Shown here one piece after another: positions 13,601 to 25,030 of a DNA stretch of 64,000 nt; position 1 is the first letter of the stretch, and the number at the start of each line of letters is the position of its first letter. This DNA comes from Anthoceros angustus. Lineage: Eukaryota > Plantae > Anthocerotophyta. The stretch covers positions 1,054,001 through 1,118,000 of the forward strand of contig MU008161.1 of assembly GCA_010909165.1 (NCBI GenBank). Direction: 5' to 3'. The position numbers and the translations under genes were made by a program. The notes beneath the pieces were generated by a model. The model worked only from the letters and a program-made list of their open reading frames with translations. It was not told the origin of the DNA and made no database searches.

Positions 13601-13817
13601 ATTACACCCTATTACGAGTGGTGGCCATGATCGTCATCGGCCGCCTACCATCCTATTCCTCCCTCCTATCTCCCCGGCGGTGGGCTTGGGAAGGTCACAG
13701 GTTCCGTCTCGGTATTGGTGGTCCAATCTCCGTCGGCGATTCTGGCGCACCCAATCGGATGATCCGCGAGGCGGACCCCTTCCTCTTCCGGAATCACAGC
13801 CGGGTTGGGCTACCGGT

Positions 13818-13980
13818 CCGGACCTCGAGGTCCGGCCTCGACCCCGAGTCCGGACCTCGAGGTCCGGCCTCGACCCCGAGTCCGGACCTCCTCCTGAGGC
13901 TCTTCTCCCCAGGCGTAAGTCGGAGGGACTCCTCCTTGCTTCCGAGTCCGGACCTCGAGGTCCGGCCTCGACCCCGAGTC
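13818..13980. repeat. 32-bp tandem repeat containing the perfect palindrome CCGGACCTCGAGGTCCGG
   Basis: Copies at 13818, 13850, 13882 (partial) and 13948. Confidence 0.9.
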
Positions 13981-14326
13981 CGAACTTTGGGAGTCTCGCT
14001 TATTCCTTGAGTCCGGTCCGGTCTCATCCACAGGGTTCGGACCTCGGGGTCCGAACTTACGTCCGGTCCCAAGCTCCGGACCCCTTATCTGCGGACCTCT
14101 TCTGCTGGTCTCCTCATCCCTACCCCCACCCTTGTCTTGGGTCGGGTTGGCTTCCTCCTTCCGCGCCTTTCGTGGCCGCCTATCCTCCGGCGGGTTGCGG
14201 TGGACTTACCACGAGATCCGTTGTATTGGCGCGTCTGCTCCTCCTGAGGCTCTTCTCCCCGCCGTCGTCTCCAAGCAGGGGCCACTAGGGTCCCGTCTTG
14301 TCCCCATGCCCTTCATCCCTTGAGCC

Positions 14327-16577
14327 TTAGGGTCCGTCCATGTAGCAGGCGGGAGGCTTCAATGCCTTAAGGAGCTCGGCGTGGTAGTAGGCAAAATCCG
14401 AGTCAATTTCTTTGGATTGCCTCTTCCACATGTGCCCGAGCACCCGATACTCCCTTCGCCATTGGTGCTCGGGAGGCGTCTTTGTCGGCTTCTTTGGACC
14501 ATCCCCCAGTTCGTTGGCTGGGCGGGCGAATCTCGCGAGGCCACAAGGGCCGCCTCGGTCACCTCTCAGCACTTGTTGTTGCTCACTTTGCTCCGGCTCC
14601 GTCGTTTCGCTCTGCTGCCGGCTTACCGCCATAGCGCGGCGCTCCCTTCCGCCTTCCTTAATCGGACCAGCGGCTTCTTTTGCGTCCGGTGCTCTCGCTC
14701 CCGTTTATTACGTTAGCTCGCCATCTCCCTCTCCAGCGGTCGGGCAACTCTGCCGATTGCGTGCCAGTCCTTCTCCATTTCGCGACGCCCCGCCTCCTGC
14801 TCCATCGCCTTCCTCCTCCGTCCGCCAATGTAGCCGGAGCTCTATTTCTCGTTCGTGATCCGTGATCACGCCCGCATTACCATTCCTCTCAATGGTAACT
14901 TGGGCTGCGACTCGAGTCTCTTGCGGTCTTCCATCTCACCTGTTGCTCCACCTCACGCAACTGAGACCGGAGATCCTCCATCTCCTTGTCGCGGGCTTCC
15001 TTCTCCTCGGCATGGTGGCCCTTTGCTCCGCCGCCTCCTCCGCCTCCTGCTCCTTCTTGAGTTAGCGCGGCTATCCTGCCGTCTCCCTCCACGGTTCGAT
15101 CACGCCGATAGTGATCGCGGTCGATCTTAGCGGCTTCCGCCTCCTCGCCGCCTTCACTGGCTTCACCACTTGGCCGGTCGGGCCGCCTCGGCCAGTCGCG
15201 AGCCTTCTCGCTTGCGCCGGGCCTCCTCGCCTCTGCTGCGCTACCCCTCTCACTGCGGAGGTCTTGACCGCTTGGGCCTCACACTTCATTGCTCACCCGG
15301 TGAAGGAATTTAGTCAGTCTGTCGAATGGACGGACTTCCCTTCGGCCTCCGTTTCCCTCTTGATGCGGCCGAGAGCTTCGCCTTCCTCCTCGCCTCTGGG
15401 CCGCCTCCTGCTCTGGAGGAGCACCATCGCCTCTGGTGGCTTCTACTTCACAGGTCTTCTCGGCCGTCCCAGAGACCCCAAAGCATACCGCCCATGACGG
15501 TAGCTGTGACCCGCCGTGTCTCTTCCACGGCCGCCACCGTGAGACCCCAAAAGTCCGTAGTGGAGGCGGGCATCTCACGGTCCGCCAGGACCTCCACCCA
15601 TGATCGGAGTAAGTCGGTGGGGTTCTCGGACCTAATCGGGCCCCTTAGGTCACGATTGCCGAGGTCCCGAGCTTCACCTCCTTGGCCCTCTTGGCGCCAA
15701 TTCCTTATTCGCCTCTTAGTCACAGGGCTCGGAGGGTGAGGGGTTCGAGCGACCCCTTGCCTCTCCCGGTCGGCGGCAGAGCTCAGTGGGGTTCTTGCGG
15801 TGACCTCCCTCCTTGGGTGGCGTCCCTTTACGCTCTTCTCACGCCTCTTGACCTCTTGCCACTCCGTGGGCGGGCGAGCAGAGCACCCTTTGAGGTGCTG
15901 CGTTAGCGGGTGGCACCGTCTTCCGCCTCTTGATTGCCGGCGAGTTCGTCGGGGCTCCTCGCCTCTGGTGGCTTCGCCTCTGGGCCGCCTCCTGCTCCAT
16001 CGCCTCTGGGCCGCCTCCTCCGGAGGCACCAAGAGGAGGAAGCGGGGATATCTTCCACACTTCCCTAGGTGGTGAGGGGTCCGTTCAGGGCGTATGGAGT
16101 CCCAGATCCTTCCTGCCGCCTCCTCCCGACCTGCTTGGCCCTAGGGGTCGGGCCTCTACCTCAGCGCCTTGCCCGCCTCGCTCGTAGGGCCGCCAACCCT
16201 TTCCGGAGCGCCCGCTCTACCTCCCCATCCTTCAGGAGTTCGTAATGTCCCCATACATGGATCAGGTATGGGGATAGTCCGGACGGCGGTGGCTTCTCGC
16301 TCCTCAGCTTGCGGGCCTCCTGGCTGAACCTGGCGAAGATGATCCTTCCCCAGTCCGCCCTCTTGCCCCGCTGCAGCGCATGCAGGAACACCAGCAAATT
16401 ATCACCAAGGTGATCCACCTTGGTGAGCAAGTTCCAGTGGACAATGATCCGCCATCGCCTCACCCTTCCGCCAAGCAGTCCGATATCAACCGGTAGTTGG
16501 TTGTCTGCTGCGTTAAGACTTGACGCCGCCCTTGCGCCTCTATCTTTCCCTCGCCTTGAGGGGCTGCGGGACCTCAA
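14327..16577 (-). pseudogene. Fragmented retroelement accessory ORF (WGRIIF...SPYL motif block plus coiled-coil C-terminal part)
   Basis: ORF 16161..16577 (RADWGRIIFARFSQEARKLRSEKPPPSGLSPYLIHVWGHYELL), 14889..15092 (charged coiled-coil) and 14327..14632 are all on the minus strand inside the TSD-flanked element. Confidence 0.4.
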
Positions 16578-19500
16578 GGTCCATCTCGATCCTCCTCCGT
16601 TGGGCGGTTGTAAGCCGCCCTCGGGACCTCAAGGTCCATCTCACAGGATCCTCCGGAGGTTCTTGGACCGAACCTCCTTGTTGGCCGCCAACATCTTCCG
16701 GCGAACTCCGGACCGGTGGTGCATCAAGCGTCCGACGGCTGGAACACGTCTAAGTGCCACTCTTCGACTAATCCTCCGCCTCCTCCAGCCCATGGCCCAA
16801 AAGTCCGGATAGCGCGGGTTACAATGTTGCGCTCTACCGGGTTCCATGGCTCCCATACCTCCGCAGCCTTTTGGGTCCCATCGCCTTCTTCTCCTTTCGT
16901 CAGAGCCGATTGCCGGCGAGTTCGTCGGGGCTCCTCTGCCGTTGGTTGTCTGCGTTAGCGGGTGGCACCGTCTTCCGCCTCTTGACCTCTTGCCACTCTT
17001 GACTAATCCTCCGCCTCCTCCGGAGGCACCAAGAGGAGGAAGCGGGGATATCTTCCACACTTCCCTAGGTGGTGAGGGGTCCGTTCAGGGCATGGTCAGT
17101 ATCCCTTCGATCGTCCTCCTCCCGGACCCGTTTGGCCCTAGGGGGTCGGGCCTCTACCTCAGGCGCCTTGCCCGCTCTGCTTCTGGTAGGGCCGCCAACC
17201 CTTTCCGGAGCGCCCGCTCTACCTCCCCATCCTTCAGGAGCTCGTAATGTCCCCATACATGGATCAGGTATGGGGATAGTCCGGACGGCGGTGGCTTCTC
17301 GCTCCTCAGCTTGCGGGCCTCCTGGCTGAACCGGGCGAAGATGATCCTTCCCCAGTCCGCCCTCTTGCCCGCGCATGCGGGAACACCAAGAATTATCACC
17401 AAGGTGATCCACCTTGGTGAGCAAGTTCCGATGGACAATGATCCGACTCGCCCCATCCTCCTCCGGAGGTTCTTGGACCGAACCTCCTTGGGTGGCGTCC
17501 CTTTACGCTCTTCTCACGCCTCTTGCCCGCCTCTATCTTTCCCTCGCCTTGAGGGGCTGGGACTCGCCCCATCCTCCTCCGTTGGGCGGTTGTAAGCCGC
17601 CCTCGGGACCTCAAGGTCCATCTCACAGGATCCTCCGGAGGTTCTTGGACCGAACCTCCTTGTTGGCCGCCAACATCTTCCGGCGAACTCCGGACGGGGG
17701 TGTCAAGCGTCCGACGGCACTGGAACACGTCTAAGTGCCACTCTTGACTAATCCTCCGCCTCCTCCGGCCATGGCCCAAAAGTCCGGATAGCGCGGGTTA
17801 CAATGTTGCGCTCTACCGGGTTCCATGGCTCCCATACCTCCATGACCTTTTGGGTCCCATCGCCTTCTTCTCCTTCGTCTATGGCGATTGCACGAGACGG
17901 CAGCGCGATCGCCCTCTTCGCGTTGTTGCTCCAACCTCAGCGGTGAGCAGCAGATGCTGGCGTTCAAAGAGATAGCGCCAGAGGCCGGGTTGGAGCGCAA
18001 GAGACCGCGAGAATTGTCTCGAGGTCGCATGTAGAAATGACCTCCTCGTCGGCGCGCCGTTGGAAGTAAGGCGGGAGGCCTCTTCCACGGCCGCCACCGT
18101 GAGACCCCAAAAGTCCGTGAGGGCATCTCACGGTCCGCCAGGACCTGACCGCACCGGAGTAAGTCCGACTGGGTTCTCGGACCTAATCAGCCCCTTAGGT
18201 CCTCGATTGCCGAGGTCCCGAGCTTCACCTCCTTGGCCCTCTTGGCGCCAATTCCTTATTCGCCTCTTCGCCCTCTTAGTCACAGGGCTCGGAGGGTGAG
18301 GGGTTCGAGCCGACCCCTTGCCTCTCCCGGTCGCCCTCTTGGCGCCAATTCCTTATTCGCCTCTTGCCACTCTTGACTAATCCTCCGCCTTGGGTGGCGT
18401 CCCTTTACGCTCTTCTCACCGCCTCACCTCTACCTGCAGGTGGGCAGAGGCACCGCCGAGGTGCTGCGTTAGCGGTGGCACCGTCTTCCGCCTTTCGTGC
18501 CCGCGAGTTCGCTGGGCTCCTCGCCTCCTCCGGACCCGTTTGGCCCTAGGGGTCGGGCCTCTACCTCAGGCGCCTTTGCCCGCCCGCCAGACTGCCCAAG
18601 GGCACAAGAGGAGGGAAGTGGGATATCTTCCCACACTTCCCTAGGTGGTGAGGGGTCCGCCCACGATGGAGTCCCAGATCCTTCCTCCGCCTCCTCCGGA
18701 CCCGTTTGGCCCTAGGGGTCGGGCCTCTACCTCAGGCGCCTTTGCCCGCCTCGCTAGGGCCGCCAACCCTTTCCGGGCGCCCGCTCTACCTCCCCATCCT
18801 TCAGAGCTGTAATGTCCCCATACATGGACTGTATGGGGATAGTCCGACGGCGGTGGCTTCGCCTCACCAGGGCCTCTCCGAACCGGCGAAGATGATCCTT
18901 CCTCCTTGGCCCTCTTGCTGCAACGCATGCAGAACACCAAGAATTATCACCAAGGTGATCCACCTTGGTGAGCAAGTTCCGATGGACAATGATCCGCCTC
19001 TTGACCTCTTGCCACTCTTCGACTAATCCTCCGCCTCCTCCGTTGGGCGGTTGTAAGCCGCCTCCTCCGTTGGGCGGTTGTAAGCCGCCTCCGCCTCTAT
19101 CTTTCCCTCGCCTTGAGGGGCCTGCCCATCCTCCTCCGCTGGTTGTAAGCCGCCTCAGACCTCCAAGGTCCATCTCGATCCTCCGGAGGTTCTTGGACCG
19201 AACCTCCTTGTTGGCCGCCAACATCTTCCGGCGAACTCCTGACTGTGGTGACATCACAACGCCCGCATACCGAACACGCCTAAGTGCCACTCTTGACTAA
19301 TCCTCCGCCTCCACCATGGCCCAAAAGTCCGGATAGCGCGGGTTACAATGTTGCGCTCTACCAGGTTCCATGGCTCCCATACCTCCGCAGCCTTTTTGGG
19401 TCCCATCGCCTTCTTCTCCTTTCGTCAGAGCCGATTGCCGAGCCGGCACGATGCGCCTTCGCTCTTCTCACCGCTCCAACCTCAACGTGAGCCAAGATGC

Positions 19501-19620
19501 CCGAGCTGCTCAAAGAGATAGCGCCAGAGGGCCGGGTTGCGGAGCGCAAGAGACTGCGAGAATTGTCTCGAGGTCGCATGTAGTAGAAATGACCTCCTCG
19601 TCGGCGCGCCGTTGGAAGTA
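15520..19620. repeat. Mosaic internal triplication (~1-kb unit x3; ~250-bp block x2)
   Basis: The block GGGCCGCCAACCCTTTCCGG...TGGACAATGATCCG recurs near 16187, 17190 and 18758. The block GAGACCCCAAAAGTCCG...TCTCCCGGTC recurs near 15541 and 18101. Confidence 0.85.
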
Positions 19621-20824
19621 AGGCGGGAGGTGCCTTCCTCGTCCAGAATCGCCAGAGGTCTCGCATAGCTTACTCGACCTTACGCCGCGTACTGCACGGC
19701 CTTACGGCCGCGATCAGCGGGCGTGAATACCGCTATAACGGCCCCTGGCATTCGGTCTGTGCATGCCGACCTCCACTGTGGCCGCCCACGTGGCGCGCTC
19801 GATGCATCCTCACGACTCGACTTCCAAATTACTTTCCCTGGCGTACTTATCCTGTTTTGACCCGGAGTGGGGTCCGGACTTATCCCGTTACCCCGGTGCG
19901 CAGTCCGGAGCTCGTCATAGTGGTACCGGGGTCCGTTACCCACTCCGGAGTCCGGAGTATACTCCGGAGCCCAGTCCGGAGCACCATCCGTGCTTATTCC
20001 TCCCTTTCCGCCTTATTTTACTATTCGAACCTACGAAAAAAACAAAACCCCACTTATTTCCTAACCCCCAAGGGAAGTCCGTAGCCCACAACGCCCATTA
20101 ATACCACCACACATAAATGCCCGTATCAATACGTTCCTCGTACTATACGTGTATCATTTATGGTGACATATATGGTATCGTATTTTCAATGATATATGTT
20201 CATATTATATTTTATATGTAATAAATATGTATGTCATACGAGTTACGTGCGTATGTTGGTCTGTACATGTTCATTATATGGTACTTTGTGTTTACCATTT
20301 GTGCAAATCTCGACGCATCTTTATGCCCCAATTTCTAGCACAAAGCCTATTTTTCTCTATCCAGTGCCTCCTAAAAAGGCACATCTTGAATTTCATCGAT
20401 TGCCTCCTCTTCTACCTCCATGTTCTCCTCTGCGTCACTGCCATTACGTGTCCCCCCCCACGGCCACGAACTTTCAACTTCCCCTGGCTCTTTTTTAACG
20501 CACTTGAATGTTCCCCCCCTAGTCCTCCCTCCTTCTCTCTCCCCCTAGACAACTGCCTCATGCCCGTTACGTGCCTTTTTGCCCCTGCCTCGACCATGGC
20601 TGCTGTTGGCTACTCCACTCCTGTCCTCCCTCTGCCACCCGACTCTTCCACTCCCTTACGTTGTTTTCACTGTCCACACTCAACACATGTATGTTACTTG
20701 CTGGTGATAGTACACTCACCCTTCTCTGTGCTACAGCACCCGGATCTGGCCCTCCAAACATGTCCCTCCTACCGTGCACCGGCCTTGTCACTCCCTATTC
20801 ACCCAAGACCCTGCCCTACTAGCA

Positions 20825-21335
20825 TTGCCTTCTCTAACGTCACATCACAATCTGGTTACGCATCAAATAAAATTTTGAGGTAGGAAATCATAACACGAAA
20901 TGCGTGTTGGCCTCACCTTGCAGCTGTACATGTACATGAGACCCCGCCATTCTTCCATCGCCTTCCCTAACTTCACATCATAGTCTGGTTACGCATCAGC
21001 TGAAAATTTGAGATAAGAAATAACAGCATGGAATGGGTCTTGGCCTGACCTTGCAACTACTTGCAGTTGTACATGTACACGAGACACCCCGCCATGCTAC
21101 TATCGCCTTTTCTAACATCAAATCACACTAGCTAGTTACGCAATGTAGAAAATTTGAGAGGAAATCGATCTTGGAACATCTCTTGGCCTGACCTTGCAAT
21201 GCTCTGCAAGTACAAGATCTGCTTGCGGCTGTACATGTGATCCCGCCCTGCCACCATCTCTTTACCAACGTCATGTCACACTGTTTATGCATCAGCTGAA
21301 AAATTGAGATAGGAAATCACAGCATGGAATGGGCC
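20825..21335. repeat. Degenerate ~130-150-bp tandem repeat x4
   Basis: The shared core GTTACGCATCA...AAATTTGAGATAGGAAAT...TTGGCCTGACCTTGCA...TGTACATGT recurs near 20856, 20987, 21137 and 21285. Confidence 0.8.
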
Positions 21336-21600
21336 TCCTCCTCTTCTTTTCCCTCTCCCCCTCCTCCTTCTTCCCATCTCCCCCTCGTCTTCCTTCCCCT
21401 CTCCCCCTCCTCCTTCTTCCCATCTCCCCCCATCTTCCTTCCCCTCTCCCCCTCCTCTTGCTCCTCTTCTTTTCCATCTTCCCCTCCTCCTCCTTATAAT
21501 CTCCCCCTCTTGTCCTTTCACTTTCCCCCTCCTCCTCCTTCCCTCTCGCCCTCCCTCCTCCTCCTACTTCTCCTCCCCCTCTACCTCAGATCCCTCTCCC
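21335..21600. repeat. Polypyrimidine (CT-rich) low-complexity tract
   Basis: About 265 bp almost entirely C/T on the plus strand. Confidence 0.9.
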
Positions 21601-21765
21601 TGGCCTTATAGTTTAGGAGATGAGGGTCCTGGCCACAGACCACAATACTATGTTTGATAAGAGGCGGAAGATGAACTTCATAGAGCAGGTGAGGTATTTG
21701 AGAGGTGAATTGATCATAGCAAAACGTGACGGTGTGCAAATGATTATGACGTAGATGATTATGAC

Positions 21766-22670
21766 GTGGAAGTTCAACCATATAAGGTTCTTGGTCTCAT
21801 TGAGGATGATGAAGCATGTGAATATATACGATGTTTACAAGCAGAACAAGGTAGACAACAGGACCCATATACTGTGCATTGCAAACAAGAGGGGAAAGTC
21901 TGGGAAAATGTGAACAAGATTTTCACAAAGTGGGAAGCAGGGGAGTTGCCGGAGCAGAAGAAGCATGTGATTGCTCCATGGAACAAGCAAAAAAAGAAAA
22001 GGGAAGAGGAAGGTGACATAGGAGCTCAAGAAGATTGATTCCGCCTTTGTGAAGCCAAAGAACAAGTTAGCGAAGCCTTGGAAATCATTTCAAGGAATTC
22101 CTTCGGGAGTCTGTGGGCAGCAGATACTTATAACAGCAATAGAGAAAGGTTTGGCGGGTCTGATTGACTTGAAGGGAATGGATGACAACATAACTTTGCA
22201 TAACTTTCTACATTATCCAAGTGGTTATGGCACAGCACCTTGGTTGTTCATCATTCGAGGAGGTGCGAGAAGAGTACCCTCACTATTCGTCAGATCAAAT
22301 GCTTGCTCGTTTTCAGACGGCCTTTGTCGGAAAGGTATACCCGACATTCTCTTCCATTGTTCCGTTTTATTCCAATATGTGGGGGAGGGCGTCAGCCAGC
22401 CGGCGCCCTCCCCCTCCAATGCCCCGTTTGTTACTAATGGAACCCTCCCAGTTCTGGGCGAAGGAGGTTTGCATAAGTGAAAAGGATTGTTTAAAAGCCC
22501 ACGTTGTTGCATTGAATGCTAGGAGGTTGAAGACTACAAAGAGTGAACTTTTGGATGAGGGATTGCAGACCCTGGATGCTGTATGGGAGTCGACGCCGTT
22601 AGAAGCTAATCCCGAGAATGATACCAAAGAAGATGATCAGGCATTAGGGGAGAATGACAACTTTGATTAG
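21766..22670 (+). pseudogene. Frameshifted orphan ORF, probably TE-derived
   Basis: ORFs 21766..22038, 22049..22480 and 22221..22670 are consecutive or overlapping on the plus strand and have protein-like composition. No family was recognised. Confidence 0.3.
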
Positions 22671-24134
22671 TAGGAGATGGAATGCATCCGGAATGTGGCC
22701 GTTTCCCGCACTTCCTCTCATAGGCGTTTGAGGTAGCAAGTTTAATCGTTTCCTGTAATGCCGCTGTGGCAACTCAATGAGAATGTTGAACCAAAAGTGC
22801 AAGTGTGTGTATTCAAATTGATATTTTCAATAACGATTGTTCGATGTACTTGTTTACTTTCGTTGAAAATTTCAACTAAATATATTTGAGAATTACCTGG
22901 TTGACGGAAAAAAAATATTCATTGATGAAGAGTTATGTAAATCAGGAAAATTAAAATCAAGATAAAAGTTCATTTGTGAACTATTATAGCTTAGCATAGA
23001 GGATTTTTTATGAATTCTACGAATGGAATGGGCAAACTAAGCCCCATCACCAGTCCTAAGTAATTTTGTAATTGCTCAGGTCCTAAAATAACATAGTAAA
23101 AAATATGTAGTCGACCTAGGTAAGAAGTCAACTTTTCATGCAAATTTTCAATTGACCTTGGGAACATGCCTCACTTATAGTTTGCTATCAAAGCTGGAAC
23201 CCAAGTCCAACTTTGGTACCGCGGCTAGCATCCAAAATGCAAAATTTACCTTTGCAAAAATGAGAAAAAAGAATGGAGCCTGATTATGCATGCGTAGACA
23301 CTTGGATAGCACTTATTTATCGAAAATTTTTCAACAGTATGATTTGAGCTTCCATGGAACTTGGACAGCACTCGCTTATCCAATTTTTTTCAGCCGCTGA
23401 TTTCTATATTATGCGTTTTTTCTTTGTGCATAATCTCTCAGCTCATCTCGCAAATTAGCGTAGACTGTGAGTTCAACAACCTTTGGATAAACTGATCGCT
23501 CGGTTGCACCACAACAACTTCAGAATCTTATGTTACTCCTACATAGAATAAACAGGCACATGCCTATTGAAAGGTGCGGTCAAAAGCAAACTTGAGAGCG
23601 CATATGAGAGCGTGGAATGAAAGAGCACACTTTGAGATTTGCTCCATTTCCAAATGTGGACCTTGAGAATTAAAGATTGGTTGAATGGTGTCTAATCGAA
23701 GGCTTTATTATATATATACTCCTTAGCCAATTTTTTTGGGAGACAGATATAAAGGAGAGCTCATAAACGTTGTTTGGTCGCGGACGTTGTTTAGTCGCTA
23801 GCGTTGAGCGGAAGCCTTCTTACAGTGCTTGCAAGAAGCCATAAGAGTAGCTGAGCGTGAAAGCAAGGTCTTTTGAGATTAGCAGAACTTAAAGATTTGA
23901 GGCATTGTCCAAGCAACGATTTTGTGTGAAGTGCATTGTTTAAGATTTTGCATACCCACAAAAGTTTATTGATGATTAGTTCCCAAGATGTCGCTCTATC
24001 AGAGCAAGCTATACCTCATCCTATGAAATGAGAAAGATTGCACACGATCTTGGGCGAGAAAGTACATGACAGATGTAGCAACCATTTAGAGCAAAATTGA
24101 AACCTTAAATTTGGCAATGTGTTATGCGAGATAC

Positions 24135-24540
24135 TCTAAGTAAGCGCTAATACGTTATGTGCATTCATTCTAAGTAAGTGCTAATACGTTATGTGCCTTC
24201 ATTCTAAGTAAGCGCAACTACGTTATGTGCCTTCATTCTAAGTAAGCGCTAATACGTTCTATGCCTTCGTTCTAAGTAACCGCTAATACGTTATGTGCCT
24301 TCATTCTAAGTAAGCGCTAATACGTTCTATCCCGTCGTTTTAAGTAAGCGCTAATACGTTATGTGCCTTCATTCTAAGTAAGCGCTAATACGTTCTATGC
24401 CGCCGTTCTAAGTAAGCGCTTATACGTTACATGCCTTCGTTCTAAGTAAGCGCTTATACGTTACATGCCTTCATTTTAAGTAAGCACCTATTATGTTATA
24501 TGTCTTCATTCTAAGTAAATAGTGATACGTTTATGCCGTT
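24135..24540. repeat. 34-bp minisatellite, ~12 copies (consensus TCTAAGTAAGCGCTAATACGTTATGTGCCTTCAT)
   Basis: Head-to-tail units with no spacers; variation is almost all substitutions. Confidence 0.95.
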
Positions 24541-24870
24541 TTAATATGTTTTAAATCAAGTCTTAGTCAAGATAAATAAGCCAAAAGGTTGGAGAGGCCT
24601 CTCCTTGTGGGCAAGTGTCGGTTATGGGGAAATAGGAAGACTTGGTCATCCTCTTGTTCGCCGACTCAGACTGTCAGAGCCCGAGGATACTAATGCTCGG
24701 TTTCTTCGTGTTATATTTCGGCACCTTTAATGGAGTTGGTATTAGTAACATAAGTTGTAAGATTCCTTGCTATGCAAATAGCAAAATCTTTGTGCTCTGC
24801 AAGTTTTTTTTGTTGGCATTGCGACCCAGGGCATGAAGGACAAGAAGAGCCCTATAGGCTTGTGAGCATA

Positions 24871-25030
24871 AAGCTTCATCCTCCTATCAATCGTGATCTC
24901 CGTCAATGGTACAATACTACAAGTTGCATAAAGCTTTATCAATCGTAATCTCATCCAATGGAATAATACAAGTCGTAGACAGCTTCATCCTCCTATCAAT
25001 CGTCATCTCCGCCAGTGAACAATACTAAAG
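24871..25030. repeat. ~50-60-bp degenerate tandem repeat x3
   Basis: AGCTT(CATCCTCC)TATCAATCGT.ATCTC occurs three times. Confidence 0.7.

Larger units (their letters stand above)
12953..20090 (-). mobile_element. LTR-retrotransposon-type insertion (Gypsy-like termini), giant solo LTR or non-autonomous derivative
   Basis: Begins TGTGG (12953) and ends CCACA (20090), with a perfect 5-bp TSD ACGCC at 12948-12952 and 20091-20095. Minus-strand TATAAGAG at 13571-13578. No gag/pol motifs and no second LTR copy were recognised. Confidence 0.75.

Noticed and set aside
14101-14131. Polypurine tract (minus strand GGGTGGGGGTAGGGA-TG) defining a 1.16-kb 3' LTR at 12953-14116
   Set aside because: The implied LTR start (TGAGGAGACC) does not match the TSD-defined other end (TGTGGGCTAC), and no second LTR copy exists. 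Kept only as an alternative.
13150-19943. Dozens of overlapping GC-rich ORFs in the track
   Set aside because: Expected from high GC and repeat content; only the minus-strand motif-bearing fragments were retained.
24135-24540. CRISPR-like array (34-bp repeats)
   Set aside because: The units are contiguous with no unique spacers, there are no cas genes, and the context is eukaryotic.
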